DNA of 49,059 nt from Vampirovibrionales bacterium. Its GTDB lineage: Bacteria; Cyanobacteriota; Vampirovibrionia; Vampirovibrionales; JAJTHC01. Positions 19,925-28,223 of the stretch are shown piece after piece. Numbering within the stretch: position 1 is the first letter of the stretch; each line of letters opens with the position of its first letter. The stretch is taken from contig JAYKJM010000002.1 of NCBI GenBank assembly GCA_035285385.1, positions 1 to 49,059 on the forward strand. Reading direction: 5' to 3'. The notes beneath the pieces are model-generated. The model made no database searches. It saw only the letters and a program-made list of their open reading frames with translations, and was not told the origin of the DNA. Position numbers and translations under genes: made by a program.

Positions 19925-21697
19925 TTATATTATCGATGGATCGGGCAATAAAAACACATCCCGCAGATTATTAAGGCTATCAAACGTTCGCACGGCTCCT
20001 GCTGCCTCTAGCACCGATGACGGCTGAGTTATGGTTACGCCCATTGGCGTAAAGTCAGCCCCCACAGCGCAACGCATATCATCAACATTGTTACCAATGT
20101 AATAGCCGCCCTTAAGGTTATAGCGTGTTTTTAACATCAGTAGGCCGTCGGCAGCGGGCTTGGGCTGGCCACCGGCATATAATTCATCCACACATAAAAT
20201 GGCCTCAAAATACGGCGCGAGGCGCTCTGCCCAAATGGGGTCAAATTCTGTGCGGTGCCGTCCGGTATAGATCATCAATCGAAACCGCTTGGCAAGACAA
20301 GTTAACAGCGGCTCTGTGATGAGGAGTTTTTCAGCCGAGGGGGCAATGGTTAAATAACGGCGCACGCCATCTTGTGTAATGTCCAAGAGGCTGGGTAAAG
20401 GATGCAATCCCTTGCGCTGAAGGAGCGCCAGGGTTGTGACCCAATCATCATTGAAGCCCCCTTCGGCGCGCAAGGCGGTGAGTTTTGCTAAATCCAGAGG
20501 CTCGCCCGTGTAATGTTGATATAACGCGCTCACCACGCTCGTAAAGCTGTGGGAGCATTCTACCAAAGTATCGTCCAAGTCTAGAATAAGCGCTCGTGAG
20601 GCTTTAAAACTATCTAATGCCGCTAAAAATTGATTGTTCTCCGTGTCGGTGCCAACGCTCACGCGCAGCCATCCGGCTAGCATGGGTTTGTCGTTTTGCG
20701 AACGTACTAATACCCCTTGTGCTTTACAATGCCCAATAAGATCATTTAAATCAGCGCCGGCTGCAATCATAAAAAAATTGCCGCCCCCGCCGTGAACCCG
20801 ATAGCCCCGTTGTTCAACCGCCTGCATAAAAGCCGGTTTTCTGGCCGTGATAGATTGAGCAACGTGCGCAACGGCTTGCGCTTGAGGCAACAAAATTTGA
20901 GCCATGGCGGCGGCTGCAACGTTAACGCTGTAGGGTGAGCGCACGCATTGCATGGCCTGAATCAGGTGAGGATGCCCCATTACCAAGCCAAGCCGTAACC
21001 CCGCCAGAGCCCAGACTTTTGAAAACGATCGCAAGACCAATAGATTGCCAAACTGTGTGATTAAGCTCAAGGCGCTTTGCCCCCCCGACTCAAAGCCGGC
21101 ATAGGCCTCGTCGATCACAAACAGGGTGTTGGGGAATGACTCCAGCCAGCGGGTTAACGTTTCTAAATTCAGCTCGGCACCCGTAGGGTTATCGGGCGAG
21201 GCAATCATCACGAGTTTTATATTCTGTTGGCAGAGGGTTTCTTCAATGGCCGCCACATCAAAGCAAAACGCGGGTGTTAGGGGAACTTCTACAAGCACGG
21301 CCTCTGCAAGCTTTAAGCTATGAGGAATAATTGGAAACGTTGGCTTGACACATAGGGCGCTATCGCGTTGATGCTCGATAAAAGTTTGCGCCACGACGGA
21401 TAAGCCTTCATCGCTGCCATTGGTCACAAGCAGCCAATCGTTGGAGGGCAAGCAGAAGGTTTCGGTAATGCCTTTTTCAAGCGCCTGATATTCAGGGTAA
21501 ATGCCAGGCTTCAGCAGATCCGCCAACGGGCGCATCGACGCTGGCAATAGGGCGTTGAGCCCTTCGGTATTTTCATTAAAATCCAGTCGCGTGCGACCTG
21601 CTCTGCCTTCCAATGGTGGTTTGTAGGCCTGTAATACGGCCACGGCCAGGCGGGGTTGAATCAGGCATTGGGGTAAATGAGAAAGAGGAGAAATCAT
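19925..21697 (-). CDS. hisC: Histidinol-phosphate aminotransferase fused to a C-terminal HAD-IA phosphatase domain
   Basis: Residues 1-365: LDFNENT, NGSDEGL, SPDNPTG, SFSKVWALAGLRLG (PLP Lys). Residues ~368-590: HAD motifs LILDLDDTL (DxDxT), IYTGR, KPAADG, GNNVDD. Confidence 0.85.
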   Translation of the reverse strand: MISPLSHLPQCLIQPRLAVAVLQAYKPPLEGRAGRTRLDFNENTEGLNALLPASMRPLADLLKPGIYPEYQALEKGITETFCLPSNDWLLVTNGSDEGLSVVAQTFIEHQRDSALCVKPTFPIIPHSLKLAEAVLVEVPLTPAFCFDVAAIEETLCQQNIKLVMIASPDNPTGAELNLETLTRWLESFPNTLFVIDEAYAGFESGGQSALSLITQFGNLLVLRSFSKVWALAGLRLGLVMGHPHLIQAMQCVRSPYSVNVAAAAMAQILLPQAQAVAHVAQSITARKPAFMQAVEQRGYRVHGGGGNFFMIAAGADLNDLIGHCKAQGVLVRSQNDKPMLAGWLRVSVGTDTENNQFLAALDSFKASRALILDLDDTLVECSHSFTSVVSALYQHYTGEPLDLAKLTALRAEGGFNDDWVTTLALLQRKGLHPLPSLLDITQDGVRRYLTIAPSAEKLLITEPLLTCLAKRFRLMIYTGRHRTEFDPIWAERLAPYFEAILCVDELYAGGQPKPAADGLLMLKTRYNLKGGYYIGNNVDDMRCAVGADFTPMGVTITQPSSVLEAAGAVRTFDSLNNLRDVFLLPDPSII

Positions 21698-21740
21698 CGT
21701 GTCAAATTCTTTCGATTTATTTGAAATAGGCCGCTGGGCA

Positions 21741-22133
21741 TCACTTTGATTGGCTGCTGTCGTGTATGACGTGCGTCATTCTGTAATATTTTTCTTGAAA
21801 TGGAGGAGGACGCACATCCTGTTCGTTATAATACCTGTATTGGGATAAGAACACGAGAACCACCCAATGGCTCTGTATGAAAGAAGGCTCTTTGGCCTCT
21901 TCTGGAGAAGCTTTTTGCCCGTCTCTGCCTGTTTGCAATGACCTTTGAAAAATGTCATACTGATGTCCAGTAGCCAACAATTTGTGGCGTTTATAAATTT
22001 TTGCATCTGTCCCAAAACGTGTACGAGATTTGTAGACTATTTTTAGTTGAAACAGGCAATTCAATCCGTCTGGCCTGCATGTTATCGTCCGGCTTCGAAT
22101 GTGGTCACAAATTAATCGCCTCTTTCGTGGCAA
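21741..22133 (-). CDS. Questionable ORF for a basic 130-aa protein in an AT-rich gap
   Basis: This is the only long ORF in the 570-bp AT-rich interval 21698..22265. It has no recognisable motif. An ORF this long in AT-rich DNA is somewhat unexpected by chance. Confidence 0.2.
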   Translation of the reverse strand: MPRKRRLICDHIRSRTITCRPDGLNCLFQLKIVYKSRTRFGTDAKIYKRHKLLATGHQYDIFQRSLQTGRDGQKASPEEAKEPSFIQSHWVVLVFLSQYRYYNEQDVRPPPFQEKYYRMTHVIHDSSQSK

Positions 22134-22265
22134 AACAGTCGTAGCTATTTATCGCAACTTTTTATGGCAACCATTTAATTCGTCAATTTCATGATAATGC
22201 CGTTTTTTGTTTCTTGGGTTTTTGTCGTTTGTTAACGGTTTTTTGCTAAGGGTGTTTGACGACGC

Positions 22266-23597
22266 ATGCGTTTTTCAGATTTTAAGCCGCCTTCTTCGTC
22301 TGACAATGTCTCAGTGGGTTCAGCCCCTGCCGCTTCTGCTCTTTTAGAGCCTGTGTGGGCGTCGTCGGCGTCCTCCAGTCGTCGGTTGTTTCGTGCGCTA
22401 AGTATGGATGACATGATGGCCTCTAATGATACCCGCCCGCAAGCTTTTGACGCTCAAGAAGTCGCCTCTGGGTGGGGTGTTTCCAAGGATTTGTCACTCG
22501 CCAGTTTTTCAGGGCTGCCTGCTTTGTCTGCGCCCGTGGACGGTTGGATTTATCTTGATTTGAGCACATCCATTGGTTCAGCCGATGCGTTGCGTCGTTT
22601 GTCTGATGCTTTGGAGCAAATGGCGCTTGAGCGTCAAGATTTTGAGGATTCAGACTGCCTGCCCAGTGCTTTGATTTTGGGGCTTGGTAATTTATTGTTG
22701 ACCCCTGCCTTAATGCGAAAAGTCATTTCTTTGGTTCAGCCTTCGGCATCGTTGTCTCACTCGGCTTCGCTGTCTGAGTCTTATCCGCTTTCGATTGTGA
22801 GTGTTGTTGCCACGGCGCCACAGACGCAGCTGGCGGCTTTGTCTGCCGGGCTGGTTGTTAGCGAGCGCTTTCCGGATGGGTTGATTCAGGCTTCTAGGGT
22901 TGGGTATGCCCCTCAGGCGCTGCAAGCTGTATCATCTGCCGATGCGCCAGGTTTATTAGATTCTCCGCTGCCCAGTGACGAGGATAATCTTTCTTCAGAG
23001 GGGGGTTCATCTTCTGTCGTAGCAGATGCTGTGGCCTCTTCAGCCACAAGACGTGCTTTGGGTGACTTAAGCCAAGAGATGCCCGAGTCAGTTAGCGCTC
23101 TGCAGCAGGGTGCTCATCAGGTTGAATGTGTCTCAGAGCGTTACAATGGCGCTTTAGAGGCTTTGTCGCCCACGGCTTTGTTATCTGCGGCCGCGCTTGA
23201 TGACACGTTGCCTACTCAGCGCGTCACGCAAACTTTGCGCTCGGGTCATCGTGTCGTTTCTGAAGGCCATTTGGTCATTGTGGGCGATGTCCATGCCGGC
23301 AGCGAAGTGGTCGCCGCGGGCGATATTATTATTTGGGGCGAATTGCGTGGCGTTGCTCATGCGGGGGCGCCTGTTAATGGTCGCTCTGTTAGTAGAGCGG
23401 CCACCGTGCGTGCGCTGAAGCTTGAAGCCTTGCAGCTGCGTATAGGGGATTTATTAGCGCGTCGCCCAGACAGGGCGCATTTGTTAGCAGAGTTCTCTAC
23501 GGAGGCTGTTTTGCCGCATGGTGTGTTGCCAGAGTGGGCAGGCGTTCGTGGCGATGAAATCAAGTTACATGCCCATTCGGTGAATGAGCGTTCTTGA
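22266..23597 (+). CDS. minC: Septum site-determining protein MinC with extended Ser/Ala-rich N-terminus and linker
   Basis: C-terminal TLRSGHRVVSEGHLVIVGDVHAGSEVVAAGDIIIWGELRGVAHAG..LQLRIGDLLARRPD matches the MinC beta-helix domain. A MinC_N-like segment sits around WIYLDL..ALILGLG..SIVSVVAT. Confidence 0.75.
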   Translation: MRFSDFKPPSSSDNVSVGSAPAASALLEPVWASSASSSRRLFRALSMDDMMASNDTRPQAFDAQEVASGWGVSKDLSLASFSGLPALSAPVDGWIYLDLSTSIGSADALRRLSDALEQMALERQDFEDSDCLPSALILGLGNLLLTPALMRKVISLVQPSASLSHSASLSESYPLSIVSVVATAPQTQLAALSAGLVVSERFPDGLIQASRVGYAPQALQAVSSADAPGLLDSPLPSDEDNLSSEGGSSSVVADAVASSATRRALGDLSQEMPESVSALQQGAHQVECVSERYNGALEALSPTALLSAAALDDTLPTQRVTQTLRSGHRVVSEGHLVIVGDVHAGSEVVAAGDIIIWGELRGVAHAGAPVNGRSVSRAATVRALKLEALQLRIGDLLARRPDRAHLLAEFSTEAVLPHGVLPEWAGVRGDEIKLHAHSVNERS

Positions 23598-23671
23598 ATC
23601 AACTTTTTTAAATTTTTTATCAACCACGTTGTTAGCCGAGATCGAGAGTTGTACTTTTTGGTTTGAATCTT

Positions 23672-24799
23672 ATGTCTACTACTGTTACTCAGTCACCTGC
23701 CGCTGCTGTATCGGTTTTGCCTTCCGGGGCATTGCCTCCCACGGCAGCGATGGCTTCTCCGGTTTTGTCTCTTGTCTCTGATGCGTTGATGGAATCGCCT
23801 GCCCTTGGCGCCTCTGCATCAAAACTGCATTCGTCTCAAGAGCCGCTATTGGCGCCTTCTGGGGATCGCTTTGTGCTTTTCCCGATTCAGCATCATGCCG
23901 TCTGGGAGATGTATAAGCGGGCGGTGGCTTCTTTCTGGACAGCAGAAGAAGTGGATTTGAGCACTGACATCGAACATTGGCGCGCGCTTAGCGATAATGA
24001 GCGTTATTTTATTTCCCATGTGTTGGCTTTCTTTGCTGCCAGCGATGGTATTGTTAACGAAAATCTGGCCAGTCGTTTCAGTACAGAAGTGCAAATTCCA
24101 GAGGCACGATGCTTCTATGGCTTTCAGATTGCGATTGAAAACATCCACTCTGAAATGTATAGCTTGCTGATTGACACCTATATTCAAGATCCCCACGAAA
24201 AGCATCGCCTATTTCACGCCATTGATACAATGCCCTGCGTTCAAGAAAAAGCAAATTGGGCCCTAAAATGGATTAATAGCTCCGACTCGTTTGCAGAGCG
24301 TCTACTGGCGTTTGCCCTGGTTGAAGGGGTTTTCTTTTCAAGTAGTTTTTGTGCCATTTTCTGGTTAAAAAAACGGGGTAAAATGCCAGGGCTGACATTT
24401 TCTAACGAGCTCATTAGCCGCGATGAAGGCTTGCACTGCGATTTTGCCTGCTTGCTCTACAGTATGCTTCATCACAAGTTGCCAGAAGCGCGTTTGCGCG
24501 AAATAGTACTCAGTGCCGTCGACATTGAGAAGCGCTTTGTGTCAGATTCTCTGCCAGTGGAACTCATTGGCATGAATTCACGTCTGATGAGTCAGTATGT
24601 TGAGTTTGTTGCCGATCGATTGGTCACCGAATTAGGTTATGCCAAGATTTTCAACGTTCAAAACCCTTTCCCGTTTATGGAGCATATTTCCTTGCAAAAT
24701 AAATCAAACTTTTTTGAATGTCGCGTAGGAGCGTATCAAAAAGCGGGTGTTATGAGCAGCAAAGACAAACAAGTGTTTAGCCTCGACGAAGATTTTTAA
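23672..24799 (+). CDS. nrdB: Ribonucleoside-diphosphate reductase small subunit (class Ia R2, eukaryote-type)
   Basis: [56 protein letters not shown] (iron ligands and radical Tyr present), [16 protein letters not shown]-terminal FSLDEDF. First ATG at 23672 within ORF 23663. Confidence 0.93.
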   Translation: MSTTVTQSPAAAVSVLPSGALPPTAAMASPVLSLVSDALMESPALGASASKLHSSQEPLLAPSGDRFVLFPIQHHAVWEMYKRAVASFWTAEEVDLSTDIEHWRALSDNERYFISHVLAFFAASDGIVNENLASRFSTEVQIPEARCFYGFQIAIENIHSEMYSLLIDTYIQDPHEKHRLFHAIDTMPCVQEKANWALKWINSSDSFAERLLAFALVEGVFFSSSFCAIFWLKKRGKMPGLTFSNELISRDEGLHCDFACLLYSMLHHKLPEARLREIVLSAVDIEKRFVSDSLPVELIGMNSRLMSQYVEFVADRLVTELGYAKIFNVQNPFPFMEHISLQNKSNFFECRVGAYQKAGVMSSKDKQVFSLDEDF

Positions 24800-24857
24800 T
24801 TGGCTTTCGATTTTAGTTTTTAACGCCTCCACCTGTTTGGAGGGATATAACGGCTAC

Positions 24858-24896
24858 GGCGGTCAGGGTATCTTTTCTCTGTGCCGCCTTTTTCTT
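24858..24896 (+). terminator. Probable intrinsic terminator of nrdB
   Basis: GGCGGTCAG...CTGTGCCGCC (about 9 bp with one bulge, 12-nt loop) followed by TTTTTCTT, about 60 nt after the nrdB stop. Confidence 0.5.
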
Positions 24897-24965
24897 AATG
24901 GGGCATTAGGGGCTAGTCATCTGTGAGTTTCTGACTTATAGTGACGTTACGTTTTATTTTTTTGC

Positions 24966-24989
24966 ACCCATTCTTTCAAAAGAATGGGT
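24966..24989. repeat. Perfect 10-bp inverted repeat ACCCATTCTT-tcaa-AAGAATGGGT
   Basis: Read directly from the sequence. Flanked by a T-run upstream and an A-run downstream, the opposite of terminator geometry. About 190 bp upstream of the MerR-like gene. Confidence 0.6.
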
Positions 24990-25180
24990 TGGCATTAAAA
25001 AAAGACTTCTGATTGAGAGAGTTTTTGATTCTGAACTGATATACGGATCAATTGAGGCAAAATGAAGATGATTGACATGAGGATGCCAAAAGAATTACTG
25101 TCTTTACAAAATGTGACAGGTTATTGTGATTTTCGTGTCAATTAATTGCATATAAGGCTTTTGAGGCAGAGGATGTTTGC

Positions 25181-26644
25181 GTGGTTACTACAGATTTAGT
25201 CTTGGATGCATTGAAGCGATTTGACGTTGATGCGCAGACGTTGACGCGCTGGGAGGACGAGTTGGGTTTGTCTATTCCGGTCGATGCCTCAGGTCAGAAA
25301 TGTTATAGCATCCATCATGTGAATTTGTTCAAAAATGTGCGTAAACATTTGGCCTTAGGCCGCTCAATGACGGAGATTCGCGAAGTGTTATCCCCTTTGC
25401 CAGAAGTGTCTGAACTGGCTTGGCAACAAGAGGATTCAAGCCTGAAGCAGACCCCTTTGATTCCCGTCTCGGTGAATCGAGAAAACGCCTACAGCAGCCG
25501 TATCCAGTGGTCTTTTTCGCCAGAGGCTCTTGCCTGTGAGGAGACCGTCTTGCAAGAGCCTGAGTTGAAGAGAGCCGTGTCTCAGGCGCTTTCTGAGGTG
25601 GATATTGAATCGTCTTTAGATTTAATCTTTGCACGCGAGGCAACCGCAAGCCTTTTGCATCAGCCCGAGACGGCAACTGAAGAAAGTCAAACGGCAGAGC
25701 CAGAAGTGCAAGCTTCTAACCCTGATGCGGTTATTCCAGGATCCAGTATCAAGCATCATAAACGGTTTGTGACCAAACTGCCGTCGTCCACATCGCAGCA
25801 TGACGTGCCATCCGTTATGGAGGAGGACGCTCCAGGGGGAATTTTGCCTGAAGTGCCGTTACCGGTTTTTGATGGCATGTCTCCACCTTCTCATTGGCGC
25901 TATCTGGAGCGAGGTGCGGTGTCGTTATCTCGGACGGTGGCCTCTGCCAATTTGCCTGCCCATCAAAGCGGCTTGCTGAGCGTCATTAATCGCTTGATTG
26001 ACGAAAAGCAAGTGCAGCAAAAACGAGTGGTGCAAATTGAAAAATTGAATTCGCATTTATACAATGCAAACGCGCTTTTTCAACAACGGCTTAAAACCTT
26101 AACCAGTGAGCTTGACAGCTTACGAAACAGCGTGAGCGATACGGAAGTGACCAAATTGTTGAATGATAAATCCAAACTTCACAAACAACTGCTCGAAACA
26201 GAGCGGGTGAGTCAGCATCGTTTGTTGGAGCTCACGCAACGTGAAAAAGACGTCGAAAGTCTGGAGACCCGGATGGAGCAATTGTTGTTTAGGATTGAAA
26301 ATCCGATGCATTCTTTTGACCCGGCTTGCTTTGTCGGCGATTGGCAAGAGCAGGGACAGTTGCTATGTATCCGTTTTGACAATTTTGGGATGAATATTGA
26401 ACCCCGTCGCAGTCGGACGTTTAAAATTCAGATGGTGCCTGAGCAGTGTTATGGCAATACGGCCGTCATTCATACGGAATACGCTTACGATGCCAATCCC
26501 ATGTGGCAGCGTCGTGAAACCATGACGTTATGCCACATTCAGGAAGGTCACCTGCAAGGCCAGCTGGTGGCCGACTATATTCTGGATGGTGTGCCGGTGG
26601 CGCAGGCCGTCTATCAGCTGAATTGCCAGAAATTACCTGGCTAG
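25181..26644 (+). CDS. MerR-type HTH domain protein with acidic linker, long coiled coil and unknown C-terminal domain
   Basis: GTG start. N-terminus TLTRWEDELGLSIPVDASGQKCYSIHHVNLFKNVRKHLALGRSMTEIREVL fits the MerR HTH pattern. Residues ~270-370 are heptad-rich (LIDEKQVQQKRVVQIEKLN...LETRMEQLL). Confidence 0.6.
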   Translation: MVTTDLVLDALKRFDVDAQTLTRWEDELGLSIPVDASGQKCYSIHHVNLFKNVRKHLALGRSMTEIREVLSPLPEVSELAWQQEDSSLKQTPLIPVSVNRENAYSSRIQWSFSPEALACEETVLQEPELKRAVSQALSEVDIESSLDLIFAREATASLLHQPETATEESQTAEPEVQASNPDAVIPGSSIKHHKRFVTKLPSSTSQHDVPSVMEEDAPGGILPEVPLPVFDGMSPPSHWRYLERGAVSLSRTVASANLPAHQSGLLSVINRLIDEKQVQQKRVVQIEKLNSHLYNANALFQQRLKTLTSELDSLRNSVSDTEVTKLLNDKSKLHKQLLETERVSQHRLLELTQREKDVESLETRMEQLLFRIENPMHSFDPACFVGDWQEQGQLLCIRFDNFGMNIEPRRSRTFKIQMVPEQCYGNTAVIHTEYAYDANPMWQRRETMTLCHIQEGHLQGQLVADYILDGVPVAQAVYQLNCQKLPG

Positions 26645-26676
26645 CCATGAGCTCTCGTCTTAAAAAATAGCCATTT

Positions 26677-28026
26677 TTACACGATGTTTGGGGGGTATAA
26701 CAGGCCTTGATTGGGTATATTCAAGGATGGAGACACCGTGCTTGACAAGCCGATAGCGGGTATTGTCCTTGAAAAGGAATAAAAGGTGTTTGGCAAAGGG
26801 GGTACTCTTGTTGGGCTGGCTAATAAAGGCAAAGCCGCCGCCACGGGTGGTAGGGCGTTTATGGGAGATGAAGAGATCCCTAAGGGGTGTGTAGCCATGC
26901 GTTGTGGATGGTTTGTTTTGGTGTTTTTTAGAGATAGTAACGCTTTTTCATTCATTGAGCCTGCGGCATCAGAGGGGGGGCTACTGCGATAGCCTTTGCC
27001 AATGCGATAGGCTGAGGGCATAAAAAATAGCTGAATCAACGGTTCAAATAATTTGCTGCCCAGCGCGTTGAATAACAAAGGCGCATCATCAAGGTGCAGA
27101 ATGAGGTCTTGTGGCTCAACATGGCGACGGTTGTTTGTCGTGTTTCTTGCCGCTTTGGACAGTTGGTAGGAGACATTGGCTCGGCTAAAATCCCCAGTTT
27201 TAATCGTGTCCATAATGGGATCAATCAGGCGTCGTCCAATCCAGTTGGCCACGCTGCCCCCCAGTGCAACCGATAGCGCTAAGCCTGTTGCAAGCATGGC
27301 AGAGCGTTTCCATGGTGCGTTGGCCTTGTGCCAGCCGAGGGCATTGGCTGCTTTTGCGGCACCGCCAAGAGCAAAACCACACAAAGCAATGTTGGCCAGG
27401 TATTGAAAGACCGATTCCTGCAAAATATGTTCGCTTTGTTCTCCTTTTTGCCAGGCTGTTTTTTCACCATCGAGTGCGTTGGCAAGCAGTGCCGTTGTGG
27501 TAGCAGTGGCCACCGATGCCGTCCCGACTTTCAAAAATGAAATGGCTTCCTCAAGCCCGTGTTCATGGCCGTGATTGTGATGCGCTGTTGCCGATTTCGA
27601 GAGGACTTGGGTCGCATTTTTCAATCGATCCAGCAACGACACGCCGTTGCGCTTGAGAGCCCCCATACTTTTTTTGAGGAGCGTTTTACTATGCATCACC
27701 TCTTCAACACTGTGCGGATTTCCCATCCATTTGCGTGCCGCCAGTATGGTGACCAGAGAGGTGGCTCCCATCACCAATCCGTTGCGGATGAGTGCCTGGG
27801 TGGTCTCGCCCTCATTTCTGGCCGCCTGCAGATCTTTGGCTGTGGCCACGGCGGCAATGCCTCCATACCCCCAGGGTGCTAAATGATAAGCCCTCGAGAC
27901 GATAGCAGGCTGATCCAAGACTTTGGCTGCCAGATTGAGCGTGTTTTTTCCCGTTAATAACCAATTAGCTTTTGAAGCCACGTTTTGTGCGGTAGCCTGG
28001 GCTGTATGAGCAATAAAGGCGTTCAT
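26677..28026 (-). CDS. Hypothetical membrane-associated protein with a His-rich motif and Pro-rich tail
   Basis: 449 aa. Gly/Ala-rich hydrophobic segments, HHNHGHEHG, and a Pro/Ser-rich C-terminus. No family recognised. Confidence 0.6.
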   Translation of the reverse strand: MNAFIAHTAQATAQNVASKANWLLTGKNTLNLAAKVLDQPAIVSRAYHLAPWGYGGIAAVATAKDLQAARNEGETTQALIRNGLVMGATSLVTILAARKWMGNPHSVEEVMHSKTLLKKSMGALKRNGVSLLDRLKNATQVLSKSATAHHNHGHEHGLEEAISFLKVGTASVATATTTALLANALDGEKTAWQKGEQSEHILQESVFQYLANIALCGFALGGAAKAANALGWHKANAPWKRSAMLATGLALSVALGGSVANWIGRRLIDPIMDTIKTGDFSRANVSYQLSKAARNTTNNRRHVEPQDLILHLDDAPLLFNALGSKLFEPLIQLFFMPSAYRIGKGYRSSPPSDAAGSMNEKALLSLKNTKTNHPQRMATHPLGISSSPINALPPVAAALPLLASPTRVPPLPNTFYSFSRTIPAIGLSSTVSPSLNIPNQGLLYPPNIV

Positions 28027-28094
28027 GGGGCGGGTGGTTTTAAAGACTATTTCAATAATCTTGCCAAGCGTTTTGAATACTCAGCGGTGATACC

Positions 28095-28164
28095 AGCCTC
28101 TAAATGAGATTTATTCTCAATTAGAGGCTGCGATGTACTATACTCCATTTCGGGGTGTCTGTAA
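28095..28164 (-). promoter_or_regulatory. Candidate sigma70-type promoter followed immediately by a 35-nt near-perfect hairpin
   Basis: On the minus strand: TTACAG (28164..28159), 16 nt, TATAGT (28142..28137). Seven nt later comes AGCCTCTAAtTGAGAataaaTCTCAtTTAGAGGCT (28129..28095), about 70 nt upstream of the ATG at 28026. Confidence 0.35.
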
Positions 28165-28223
28165 ATGAGAATTCTTCGCATTTGTGCCCGCCTGTATTTT
28201 AGAAGCCTGTATGTTTCGTTGGT

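Noticed and set aside
24826-24843. Hairpin CCTCCA-cctgtt-TGGAGG just after the nrdB stop, considered as the terminator.
   Set aside because: It has a short stem and no downstream T-tract. The next hairpin (24858..24896), which has TTTTTCTT, is the better terminator candidate.
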